NCBI GenBank assembly: GCA_963778665.1
Contig: CAVZVG010000003.1
Location: 192,813 to 256,812 of the forward strand
Source of the DNA: an uncultured Gammaproteobacteria bacterium
Lineage (GTDB): Bacteria; Pseudomonadota; Gammaproteobacteria; JBBQDK01
DNA: 64,000 nt
Direction of reading: 5' to 3'
The position numbers were made by a program, and so were the translations under genes. The notes beneath the pieces are model-generated. The model was not told where the DNA came from and made no database searches. It was given only the letters and a program-made list of their open reading frames with translations. Positions 56,491 through 64,000 of the stretch are shown here, one piece after another; positions within the stretch are counted from its first letter, which is position 1, and each line of letters starts with the position of its first letter.

Positions 56491-57348
56491 ATGAGTATAG
56501 AAATGCAGGCGATGGTGGCGGATGCCGGCACCTTGATCTCCTTCCCGGATGTGTTCCTGCGCGTCAATGAGATGGTCAGCGACCCGCATGCGAGCTCGGA
56601 CGATATCGCCGGACTGATCAGTCAGGACCCGGGACTGACGGTGCGTCTGCTGAAGGTCGCCAACAGTCCGCTGTACGGTAGCTCGCGGCAGATCGAAACC
56701 GTCGCGCGTGCGGTGACGCTGCTGGGCACGGCGCAGATCCGTGATCTGGTGCTGGCCACCTCCACCAGTCAGATGTTCGCCAAGGTCACCAACGATGTGA
56801 TCTTCATCGACGACTTCTGGCATCACAGTATCTTCTGCGGCCTGGCCGCCAAGCGGCTCGCCACCGCCAGCCGCAAGGTGACCACCGACTTCGCCTTCGT
56901 CGCCGGCCTGCTGCACGATGTCGGCCAGTTGGTGCTGTTTCACGAGCAACCCGGCCAGATGCGCGTGGCCTTGGACATGGTGTCCGATGCGCGTAATGAA
57001 ATGGAGATGTGTCAGGCCGAGCAGGCGGTATTCGGCTTCGACCACATGCAGCTTGGCGGCGCATTGCTGCGTGCCTGGCATCTGCCGGAGCGCTTGCAGG
57101 AGTGCGTCGAATTCCATCACACACCGGGCGCGGCGCAGAAATATCCCGTCGAGGTCGCGCTGGTGCACATCGCCAATGGCCTGGCCTCGTATGCGGCCGT
57201 GCGCAAGGTCAACGATCAGGCCTTGCCGGCTATCGAGGCCGACAGCTGGGCCGTGGTGGGACTTTCGCCCGACATCATCGAGTCCATCATCGAAGTCACC
57301 GAAGCCGGCGTCACCGAAGTGAAGAACCTGCTGTCGCTGAACGGCTGA
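56491..57348 (+). CDS. HDOD domain signalling protein
   Basis: LPSFPDV-like FPDVFLRVNEMVSDP.. and GLLHDVGQLVL are HDOD features. Confidence 0.7.
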   Translation: MSIEMQAMVADAGTLISFPDVFLRVNEMVSDPHASSDDIAGLISQDPGLTVRLLKVANSPLYGSSRQIETVARAVTLLGTAQIRDLVLATSTSQMFAKVTNDVIFIDDFWHHSIFCGLAAKRLATASRKVTTDFAFVAGLLHDVGQLVLFHEQPGQMRVALDMVSDARNEMEMCQAEQAVFGFDHMQLGGALLRAWHLPERLQECVEFHHTPGAAQKYPVEVALVHIANGLASYAAVRKVNDQALPAIEADSWAVVGLSPDIIESIIEVTEAGVTEVKNLLSLNG

Positions 57349-57412
57349 GCCCGCACAACACGGCTGTTGCTGTCGCGGTGCGATGAAGTCATGCCCGGCC
57401 ATTGAACTCGAA

Positions 57413-57441
57413 GACCCCGCTGCGGCGGGGTTTTTGTTTTT
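57413..57441 (+). terminator. rho-independent terminator after HDOD gene
   Basis: CCCCGC TGCG GCGGGG followed by TTTTTGTTTTT. Confidence 0.8.
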
Positions 57442-57592
57442 GAAGAATGTCCGTGTACTGCGTATCGCCGCTTCGGATTCACTGATATTGAACGAGATCA
57501 GCAGAAAGTTTGACTTTCATTCGCCGTAAGCACTGCCCACACTATCCGCTACTGGATCCGTATCCTGCGATCGTCCGCGAAGGAGAGACTTC

Positions 57593-58492
57593 ATGACCAT
57601 GCCAAACGAAATCAGTACCGGACAACGTGCTGTCGCCACCGTGATCCGTGCCGAGCAGACCCTGGAAGGCGGCGGCTTCCCGGTGCGTCGGCCGTTTCCC
57701 ACGCGGCAGTTGCGCGAGCTCGATCCCTTCCTGCTGCTCGACGAGATGGGCCCGGTGGAGTGGCCGCCGGGCGAGGCGCTCGGGGCGCCGGATCATCCAC
57801 ATCGCGGTTTCGAGACGGTCACCTATCTGCTGGCGGGCAAGATGCAGCACCGCGACTCGCAGGGACATGCGGGGCTGCTCGGTCCCGGCGACGTGCAATG
57901 GATGACGGCGGGCGCGGGCGTGGTGCATTCCGAATTGCCCGAGCCCGACTTCAAGCAGCGGGGCGGTGTGCTGCATGGCGTGCAACTGTGGGTGAATCTG
58001 CCGGCGCGCGACAAGATGATGAAGCCGCGTTACCAGGATATCCCGACGGCACAAATCCCCGAAGCGGTGACTGACGATGGTCTGGTGCGCGTGCGCGTTA
58101 TCGCGGGTGAAGCTTTGGGACACACGGCGGTGATCGACACACGCATACCCATCCAGTATCTGCATTACACCCTGCAAGCCGGCGGGAGTGTCGAACAGGC
58201 GGTGCCCGCGGCGCACAACGCCATGGTGTATGTGCTGTCGGGACAGGTGCAACTGGGCGAGGCGGCCACGCCGGTGCATTCCGGTGAACTGGCGCATCTG
58301 GGTGCCGGCGAGTCATTGCGTATGCAGGTGCCCGCGACGGCAACGGCTGCGGCGGATCTGCTGTTGCTGAGTGCCGCGCCGCTGCATGAGCCGGTGGTGC
58401 GTCACGGGCCGTTCGTCATGAACACGCAGGCGGAGATACAGCAGGCGATCAAGGACTATCAGGCCGGCCGCATGGGTCGGATTACAGCCTGA
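57593..58492 (+). CDS. pirin family protein (bicupin)
   Basis: RRPFPTRQLRELDPFLLLDEMG..HPHRGFETVTYLLAG matches pirin. Confidence 0.8.
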   Translation: MTMPNEISTGQRAVATVIRAEQTLEGGGFPVRRPFPTRQLRELDPFLLLDEMGPVEWPPGEALGAPDHPHRGFETVTYLLAGKMQHRDSQGHAGLLGPGDVQWMTAGAGVVHSELPEPDFKQRGGVLHGVQLWVNLPARDKMMKPRYQDIPTAQIPEAVTDDGLVRVRVIAGEALGHTAVIDTRIPIQYLHYTLQAGGSVEQAVPAAHNAMVYVLSGQVQLGEAATPVHSGELAHLGAGESLRMQVPATATAAADLLLLSAAPLHEPVVRHGPFVMNTQAEIQQAIKDYQAGRMGRITA

Positions 58493-59417
58493 GCAGCCCT
58501 TCGGCAGGCGTTGCCGGAATGATGAAATCGGCGAACAGCGCCGGATCCGAGAGCCGTTCCAGAAACCAGCCCAGCGCCTTGCCGATGTCCTGGTTGCGCC
58601 ACACCAGTTGCAGCGTCGGTGTCGGCGACGGGTTCTCGGTGCGCTTGGCGATCAAGCGTCCCTGGGCGAGATCCTCCGCCACCAGATAACGCGGCACATA
58701 ACCGACGCCAAGACCGTGACGATGTGCCGCACATTTGGCGCTCATGGTCGGGACGGTGAGCACATCCTGGCCGGACAGAATGGACGATGTCAGCGGTGGC
58801 AGCGTGCGCGAGCTGTCCGCGGCGGCCACCACGCGATGGCCCTGGATGTCCTGTTCGTGCAGCGGTTCAGGCTCGGCAGCCAGCGGATGATCGGGCGCGA
58901 CCACGAACACGAACTCCATCGAACCCAGTACGCGGCAGGTGTAGCCGCCGCCGGCCGGGCCTTCGCCGGTCGCGCCGATGACCAGGTCGGCGCGACCGGA
59001 CATCAAGGCATCCCAGGTGCCGCTCAGCAGTTCGGTGCCGAGACTCAACGCGGTACCGCAATCCTCCCGGTAAAAGTCCGTACACAGTGGATAGATGCGT
59101 TCCAGCGGGATGAGATCGCCGACCGCGATCTTGAGTTCGCGCTCCCAGCCCTTGGCGACGCGCCGCACGGCCGATTCCAGTTGTCCGGCGGCCTGCAGCA
59201 GATGACGCCCGTCATGCAGCAGCTTCTCGCCGGCAGCCGTCAGTTTTGCGCGGTGGCCGCTGCGGTCGTACAAGACCACGTCCAGATCCTGTTCCAGCTT
59301 CTGCAAGGTGTAGGTGACGGCGGAAGGTACCCGGTGCAGTTCTTCGGCGGCCGCGGCGAAGCTGCCGCGCCGGTCGATGGCGTCGAGAACCGCCAGTGCG
59401 TCCAAGGTCAAGCGCAT
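58482..59417 (-). CDS. LysR family transcriptional regulator
   Basis: N-terminal HTH MRLTLDALAVLDAIDRRGSFAAAAEELHRVPSAVTYTLQKLEQDL. Convergent with pirin; the 3' ends overlap by 11 bp. Confidence 0.8.
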   Translation of the reverse strand: MRLTLDALAVLDAIDRRGSFAAAAEELHRVPSAVTYTLQKLEQDLDVVLYDRSGHRAKLTAAGEKLLHDGRHLLQAAGQLESAVRRVAKGWERELKIAVGDLIPLERIYPLCTDFYREDCGTALSLGTELLSGTWDALMSGRADLVIGATGEGPAGGGYTCRVLGSMEFVFVVAPDHPLAAEPEPLHEQDIQGHRVVAAADSSRTLPPLTSSILSGQDVLTVPTMSAKCAAHRHGLGVGYVPRYLVAEDLAQGRLIAKRTENPSPTPTLQLVWRNQDIGKALGWFLERLSDPALFADFIIPATPAEGLLRL

Positions 59418-59844
59418 CGGTGTTACTCCGGTAAAGAGGCTGGGTTCAGGGGCGAAGTTCGTCTTTCGTCAGACTATATCACCCCGCGGGCATGGCATCG
59501 GCGCTCTCCGCGCGGCCGGCGGCGGTCGGCGCAGAGCCGTCCCGGACAAGCGGGATAGTCCCGGTTGTCCGAAACTGGCAACAATATTGCTTTGTTGAAT
59601 ACCTGTCCGGGCAGGAGCAGTCGGGCGCGGCGGCACGGTTAACTTAAGGCAACAGTTTATGTGACGTGCGCAACAGACTGACGGATAAAGGCTAGGGTAT
59701 TCTCGAATGTGGTAATCCCTGCTAGACTGCTCGCAGATTCAGAGGAGGAATCGGGTCCCGGATAACGACACTACTCATCGCGCAGGGAATTGATGAGGTT
59801 CGGACATTATAAAACGACAGGCTGACCTGATTGAGAGGTGGATC

Positions 59845-60855
59845 ATGCGTATAAGCTGGACTGTACTGTGTGCTGCTGGCATCGCCTTGGCGCTGTGCAT
59901 CAATCCGGCCTATTCCGCTACGCAGGATGCGCATCAGCAGCGTCACCACGTCAAGCACCACACCGTGCGGTCAGTGACAGTGACGCACACATCGAAGCAT
60001 CATCACGTCCGCAAGCACCACCGTAAAAGTATTACAGCGAATGCCAAAATCAAACCGCGTTTGATCTCCGCTTCCGCGCTGGTCATCGATCAGCAGGCCG
60101 GCAGTACCGTCATTCAGAAAAACGCCGACACGCCGATGCCGATCGCTTCGATCACCAAGCTGATGACTGCGATGGTGGTGTTGGATGCACATCAATCGAT
60201 GCAGGCCATGCTGACCATCAGCGATGCCGATATCGATCGCCTGCGCAACAGCTCTTCGCGGCTGCGCCCGGGGACCACGCTGTCGCGTCGTGAATTGCTG
60301 CAGCTGTCGTTGATGTCTTCAGAGAATCGCGCGACCTCGGCCTTGTCGCGTTACTATCCCGGCGGCAAGCCGGCCTGCGTCCTCGCCATGAACAAGAAAG
60401 CGAAACTGCTGGGAATGAACAGCAGCAACTTCGCCGACCCCACCGGTCTGGACGGAGATAACATGGCCACCGCCGAGGACCTCGCCCGGATGGTCAAGGC
60501 CGCGGACCGTTATGCGCTGATCAGGCAGATCACCACCACCTCGTCCTATCAGGTCGACGCGGCGCACCGCGCACCCATGGAATTCCGCAACACCAACGTA
60601 CTGGTGAAGAACCAGGACAGCAATGACTGGCGCATCAATCTCAGCAAGACCGGCTATATCAACGAGGCCGGGCATTGCCTGGTCATGCAGGCGCAGATCG
60701 TCAACCGGCCGATGATCATCGTGCTGCTCAACGCGCAGGGCAAATACTCCGGCTTCGGCGATGCCAACCGTATCAAGAAATGGCTCGAGGCCTCCGGTTA
60801 TGGGCGTAACAGCACGGCCCGCATTACCTCCTTCGTTACCGCCAACGCGTATTAG
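59845..60855 (+). CDS. pbpG: D-alanyl-D-alanine endopeptidase (PBP7/PbpG, peptidase S11) with His-rich N-terminal linker
   Basis: Active-site SITKLMTAMVVLDA, SEN and KTG motifs, plus signal peptide. Confidence 0.75.
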   Translation: MRISWTVLCAAGIALALCINPAYSATQDAHQQRHHVKHHTVRSVTVTHTSKHHHVRKHHRKSITANAKIKPRLISASALVIDQQAGSTVIQKNADTPMPIASITKLMTAMVVLDAHQSMQAMLTISDADIDRLRNSSSRLRPGTTLSRRELLQLSLMSSENRATSALSRYYPGGKPACVLAMNKKAKLLGMNSSNFADPTGLDGDNMATAEDLARMVKAADRYALIRQITTTSSYQVDAAHRAPMEFRNTNVLVKNQDSNDWRINLSKTGYINEAGHCLVMQAQIVNRPMIIVLLNAQGKYSGFGDANRIKKWLEASGYGRNSTARITSFVTANAY

Positions 60856-61379
60856 TTGCCGGTTGCGCTGGGAGAGCGTCTGAAGGCGTAGCCCGCCGCG
60901 AGCTCCTCCGCGTTGGCTGCGCGTATCGCCACCACTTCGAGAACAAACCTCACTGTCCGTCCCGCCAGGGCGTGGTTGCCGTCCAGAGCGACCATGCCGT
61001 TCTCGACATTGAGGACGCGAAACTTCACCACCTTGCCGTCCTCGGCCTGACCTTCCAGCTGTGCGCCGACCTGTTGTGCCTGTTCGGGCAGTTCCGTCGC
61101 CGGCAGCGTCATCAGCAGGTGCGGGTCATGCGCGCCGTAGCCTTCCTCCGGACTCAGCGTCACTTCGACTTTGCTGTCTACCGTCAGGCCTTCGAGGGCC
61201 TGTTCGACCTTGGCGGGCGCGCCGCCGTAGCCGCCGTGCAGATAGGTCAGATCGGCGCGGTATTCGATCAGCGCCTCGGTCGTGGCATCGATTACCGCCG
61301 ATTTCAGCGTGACGACCTTGTCCTTGGCGATACGCGAGTACTGGCGTTTGCGGATGAAATGCAGGGGTTGTTCAGTCAT
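60852..61379 (-). CDS. FKBP-type peptidyl-prolyl cis-trans isomerase (SlyD/FkpB-like)
   Basis: ..VTLKSAVIDATTEALIEY.. and ..NHALAGRTVRFVLEVVAIRAA resemble the FKBP core with IF-domain insertion. Confidence 0.55.
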   Translation of the reverse strand: MTEQPLHFIRKRQYSRIAKDKVVTLKSAVIDATTEALIEYRADLTYLHGGYGGAPAKVEQALEGLTVDSKVEVTLSPEEGYGAHDPHLLMTLPATELPEQAQQVGAQLEGQAEDGKVVKFRVLNVENGMVALDGNHALAGRTVRFVLEVVAIRAANAEELAAGYAFRRSPSATGN

Positions 61380-61452
61380 GGCTGTTGTGCGCGTCGAGTG
61401 TACGTCTATGGAGAGCTGCTGCGGATGCTCCCTAGCATAGTGGTTTTATGTC

Positions 61453-62190
61453 ATGCTTCACAACATCAGGCTAGTGCGCGGAACCCGAACCATGACCTTG
61501 AAATTCAGTGAAACACCCGGCGCTTTCGAGCGGCAGTTGCAGCGTCAGCACGGCAACCCGCTGTTTTCCCCGGCGGCGCGCGTCGTTACGCAAGATCAGA
61601 TTGACGCCGCGCGGCACCGCGATCAGGAAGAGCGGCGCGACTTTCAGGCGGCCTTGCGCGCGACGCTGCGCGAAGCGCTGGACATGCCGCCGCAGGTGGA
61701 GAGCGACGTGCTGCTCAAGCTGAAAGAGCGCCTGGATCAGCTCTACGATCAGTGCGCCGGGCTGCCCGGCGATCATGACAACGAGAAGTTGAGCCTGACG
61801 CGCATGATCGGCGTCATCATGAAGGCGGTCTGGACCGGGGCCGGTGATGATCCGCGTGCCCGCGCCGAACTGGAACAGGAAGAACACGCCCGCACCCTGC
61901 ATCACGAGTTGTTGCAGCAGCCACTGGTCGCCAACCTGCTGCGACCCGATTCACCGATCGCCGAAGACGCGCTCGTACCCACGCTGCTCAGCGAGACCGA
62001 GGACGCCGTGCGCACGGTACTCATGCTGTTCGATGCAAGGCAGTTGCAGGCCTTATGCCAGCAGGCGCGCGAACTGCTGGAGCAGCTCGATTCCACCGGA
62101 CAGGCATTGCCCGAAGCAAGGCGGCGCCTGCAGCAGATGGAAGAGGTCGCGCATCACGCCGGCCTGATCGATCCCACCGCCACGCAATAA
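61453..62190 (+). CDS. hypothetical protein (245 aa; start possibly 61495)
   Basis: ORF track entry; no motif recognised. Confidence 0.4.
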   Translation: MLHNIRLVRGTRTMTLKFSETPGAFERQLQRQHGNPLFSPAARVVTQDQIDAARHRDQEERRDFQAALRATLREALDMPPQVESDVLLKLKERLDQLYDQCAGLPGDHDNEKLSLTRMIGVIMKAVWTGAGDDPRARAELEQEEHARTLHHELLQQPLVANLLRPDSPIAEDALVPTLLSETEDAVRTVLMLFDARQLQALCQQARELLEQLDSTGQALPEARRRLQQMEEVAHHAGLIDPTATQ

Positions 62191-62192
62191 AT

Positions 62193-62271
62193 GTAGCCTG
62201 GGTTGAGCGCAGCGAAACCCGGGTCTGTGCCAAGATTGTTCCCGGGTTTCGCTGCGCTCAACCCAGGCTAC
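62193..62271. repeat. long hairpin repeat, family C (copy C2)
   Basis: Stem identical to C1; loop TCTGTGCCAAGATTGTT. Confidence 0.8.
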
Positions 62272-62276
62272 ATTAT

Positions 62277-62600
62277 CTACGTTATCACCAATCGAAACTT
62301 CACGACGAACAGCTCACCGCAATCTCGCCGGCCCAATCCGGCGGCGCGGCGGCGTAGTTGCCGGTCCGGTTGCTCGTCGTAGGGGTGTTGCAATACCGCC
62401 AGCAAGCGATCGATCTCGCTGAAATCGTGTGCCTGGGCGCGGCGGATGGCGGTCTCGGCCAGGTAATTGCGCAATACGTATTTCGGATTGACACGATTCA
62501 TGCGTGCGCGCCGCTCCTGATCATCGCTGTGCTCGGCAGCCAGGCGCGCGCGGTAGTCCGCGGCCCAGTCATCGAAGGCGGTGCGATCCAGGAACTGAAT
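62277..62600 (-). pseudogene. duplicated 3' fragment of selO (frameshifted relative to the functional copy)
   Basis: Encodes ..[49 protein letters not shown], then goes out of frame because of the 2-bp indel. Confidence 0.7.
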
Positions 62601-62604
62601 AAAT

Positions 62605-62683
62605 GTAGCCTGGGTTGAGCATAGCGAAACCCGGGAACAGTGGTGCCACAGACCCGGGTTTCGCTATGCTCAACCCAGGCTAC
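62605..62683. repeat. long hairpin repeat, family C (copy C3, with compensatory stem changes GCATAGCG/CGCTATGC)
   Basis: 31-bp stem preserved despite two substitutions per arm; loop AACAGTGGTGCCACAGA. Confidence 0.8.
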
Positions 62684-62711
62684 GTTATCTACGTTATCAC
62701 CAATCGAGACT

Positions 62712-64000
62712 TCACGACGAACAGCTCACTGCAATCTCGCCGGCCCAATCCGGCGGCGCGGCGGCGTAGTCTTGCCGGTCCGGTTGCTCGTCGTAGGGGT
62801 GTTGCAATACCGCCAGCAAGCGATCGATCTCGCTGAAATCGTGTGCCTGGGCGCGGCGGATGGCGGTCTCGGCCAGGTAATTGCGCAATACGTATTTCGG
62901 ATTGACACGATTCATGCGTGCGCGCCGCTCCTGATCATCGCTGTGCTCGGCAGCCAGGCGCGCGCGGTAGTCCGCGGCCCAGTCGTCGAAGGCGGTGCGA
63001 TCCAGGAACTGATCACGCAGTGCGGTATTGTGCGCGTCCGGGCTGGAATCGAAATCGCCGAGGGCACGGAACAGCAGGGTGTAATCGACACGGTTGGCAT
63101 GCATCGCGTGCAGCAGTGTATGGGCCAGCTCCTCATCGGCGGGATGCGCGCTGCGCAGTCCCAGCTTGGCGCGCAGTTCCGCCAGGTAGTACATAGTGAA
63201 TTGTGCTTCATACTCCGCCAGCAGTTCGGTGCAACGCGCGGCCGGTAGCAGCGGCGTCAATGCCTGCGCCAGCCGACCCAGATTCCACAGTCCGACGCCC
63301 GGTTGCTGATCGAAGGCGTAACGGCCGCGGTGATCGGAGTGATTGCAGATGAAACCCGGATCATACGTGTCGAGAAAGCCGTAAGGGCCGTAATCCAGGG
63401 TCAGTCCCAGGATCGACATGTTATCGGTATTCATCACGCCGTGCGCGAAACCCACCGACTGCCATTGCGCCATCAGTCGCGCCGTGCGTCGAATCACCGC
63501 GGCAAGCAGCAGGGCGTAGCGATCCTCGGCGTCCGCCAGTTCCGGGTAATGTGCGTCGATGACGAAATCCGCGAGTTGCTTGATCGCGTCGTACTGGTGC
63601 CGGTGATAGAACACCTCGAAACTGCCGAAGCGCACGTGCGAAGGCGCCATGCGCAGCAATACCGCGGCGGTTTCTATGGTTTCGCGATACACCTCTTCAT
63701 CGCTGCCGACGATGCACAGCGCGCGCGTGGTGGGAATGCCCAGGCCGTGCAGGGCTTCGCTGCACAGGTATTCGCGGATGGTCGAACGCAGCACGGCACG
63801 GCCGTCGCCGGAGCGCGAATAGGGCGTCGGTCCCGCGCCTTTGAGTTGCAGTTCCCAGCGTTCGCCCGCGTTGTTGCGTACCGCGCCGAGCAGTATGGCG
63901 CGGCCGTCGCCGAGCTGCGGAACGAAGTGGCCGAACTGATGGCCGGCATAGAGCATGGCCAGCGGCTCGCTGCCGGCCAGCAGACGATTGCCGACCAGAT
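62712..64000 (-). CDS. selO: protein adenylyltransferase SelO (YdiU/UPF0061), N-terminus beyond window end
   Basis: ..LAGSEPLAMLYAGHQFGHFVPQLGDGRAILLG.. through C-terminal ..[18 protein letters not shown] matches SelO. Frame is open to position 64000. Confidence 0.85.
   Translation of the reverse strand, partial: LVGNRLLAGSEPLAMLYAGHQFGHFVPQLGDGRAILLGAVRNNAGERWELQLKGAGPTPYSRSGDGRAVLRSTIREYLCSEALHGLGIPTTRALCIVGSDEEVYRETIETAAVLLRMAPSHVRFGSFEVFYHRHQYDAIKQLADFVIDAHYPELADAEDRYALLLAAVIRRTARLMAQWQSVGFAHGVMNTDNMSILGLTLDYGPYGFLDTYDPGFICNHSDHRGRYAFDQQPGVGLWNLGRLAQALTPLLPAARCTELLAEYEAQFTMYYLAELRAKLGLRSAHPADEELAHTLLHAMHANRVDYTLLFRALGDFDSSPDAHNTALRDQFLDRTAFDDWAADYRARLAAEHSDDQERRARMNRVNPKYVLRNYLAETAIRRAQAHDFSEIDRLLAVLQHPYDEQPDRQDYAAAPPDWAGEIAVSCSS

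Larger units (their letters stand above)
62189..63010. repeat. tandem duplication, 2 x ~412 bp (unit = family C hairpin + last ~340 bp of selO)
   Basis: Units 62189-62600 and 62601-63010 are ~99% identical. They differ by a 2-bp indel (GTAGTTGCC vs GTAGTCTTGCC) and three substitutions. Confidence 0.85.

Overview
64-kb segment of a GC-rich (~64%) proteobacterial chromosome; gene content looks gamma/beta-proteobacterial.

Left arm (1-8.7 kb): the 3' part of yceH, two convergent GT2 glycosyltransferase genes (one fused to a degenerate RelA/SpoT-type HD domain), yaeQ, a frameshifted deaD, a heavily frameshifted ABC-F gene (ybiT homologue) and a higBA-like toxin-antitoxin pair.

Centre (8.8-23.2 kb): a chromosomal (sedentary-type) integron. 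intI is transcribed leftward and carries an unusual ~150-aa N-terminal extension. The attI site has a 13-bp palindrome, direct repeats and a GTTAGGC core. A ~13-kb AT-richer array of about 24 attC-bounded cassettes follows, with every cassette ORF on the + strand. Most cassettes are ORFans; the rest encode BrnT/BrnA, PsiE, GST, two cupins, a RibD_C/DHFR-like protein, an NTF2-like protein and DUF4336. attC sites decay toward the distal end, and the array abuts an SDR-gene remnant.

Right arm (23.4-64 kb): ada-like regulator/MGMT, SAM-MTase, DUF389, tas, recQ, rhlE, a Zn-ribbon/HEXXH membrane protein, then an amide/urea utilisation locus. This locus runs sigma54 promoter - fmdA (frameshifted) - fmdB - urtABCDE (B, C and E frameshifted) - amiE. 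Further right are nemA, an unknown 317-aa protein, HD-GYP, an srmB-like DEAD-box gene, ykgJ, lplT, an AEC transporter, EAL-HDOD, nhaD, an MTase, HDOD, pirin, lysR, pbpG and an fkpB-like gene. The window ends in selO, whose 3' end plus an adjacent hairpin is tandemly duplicated (2 x ~412 bp).

Four intergenic repeat families are present: (A) nested CACGGGGAACACGGGG hairpin elements at six loci; (B) a MITE-like element with 9-bp iteron-like inverted termini, three copies, one nested inside an A element; (C) a 31-bp-stem hairpin, three copies with compensatory stem changes; (D) REP-like CCCCTCTCCC..GGGAGAGGGG palindromes that fill the recQ-rhlE spacer.

No rRNA, tRNA or CRISPR was found. About 25 single-base indels are concentrated in a few otherwise highly conserved genes (ybiT ~11, fmdA 4, deaD 2, urtB 2, urtE 2, lplT 2, urtC 1, cassette 11 1) while neighbouring genes are intact. 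This is either recent pseudogenisation or local assembly indel error.
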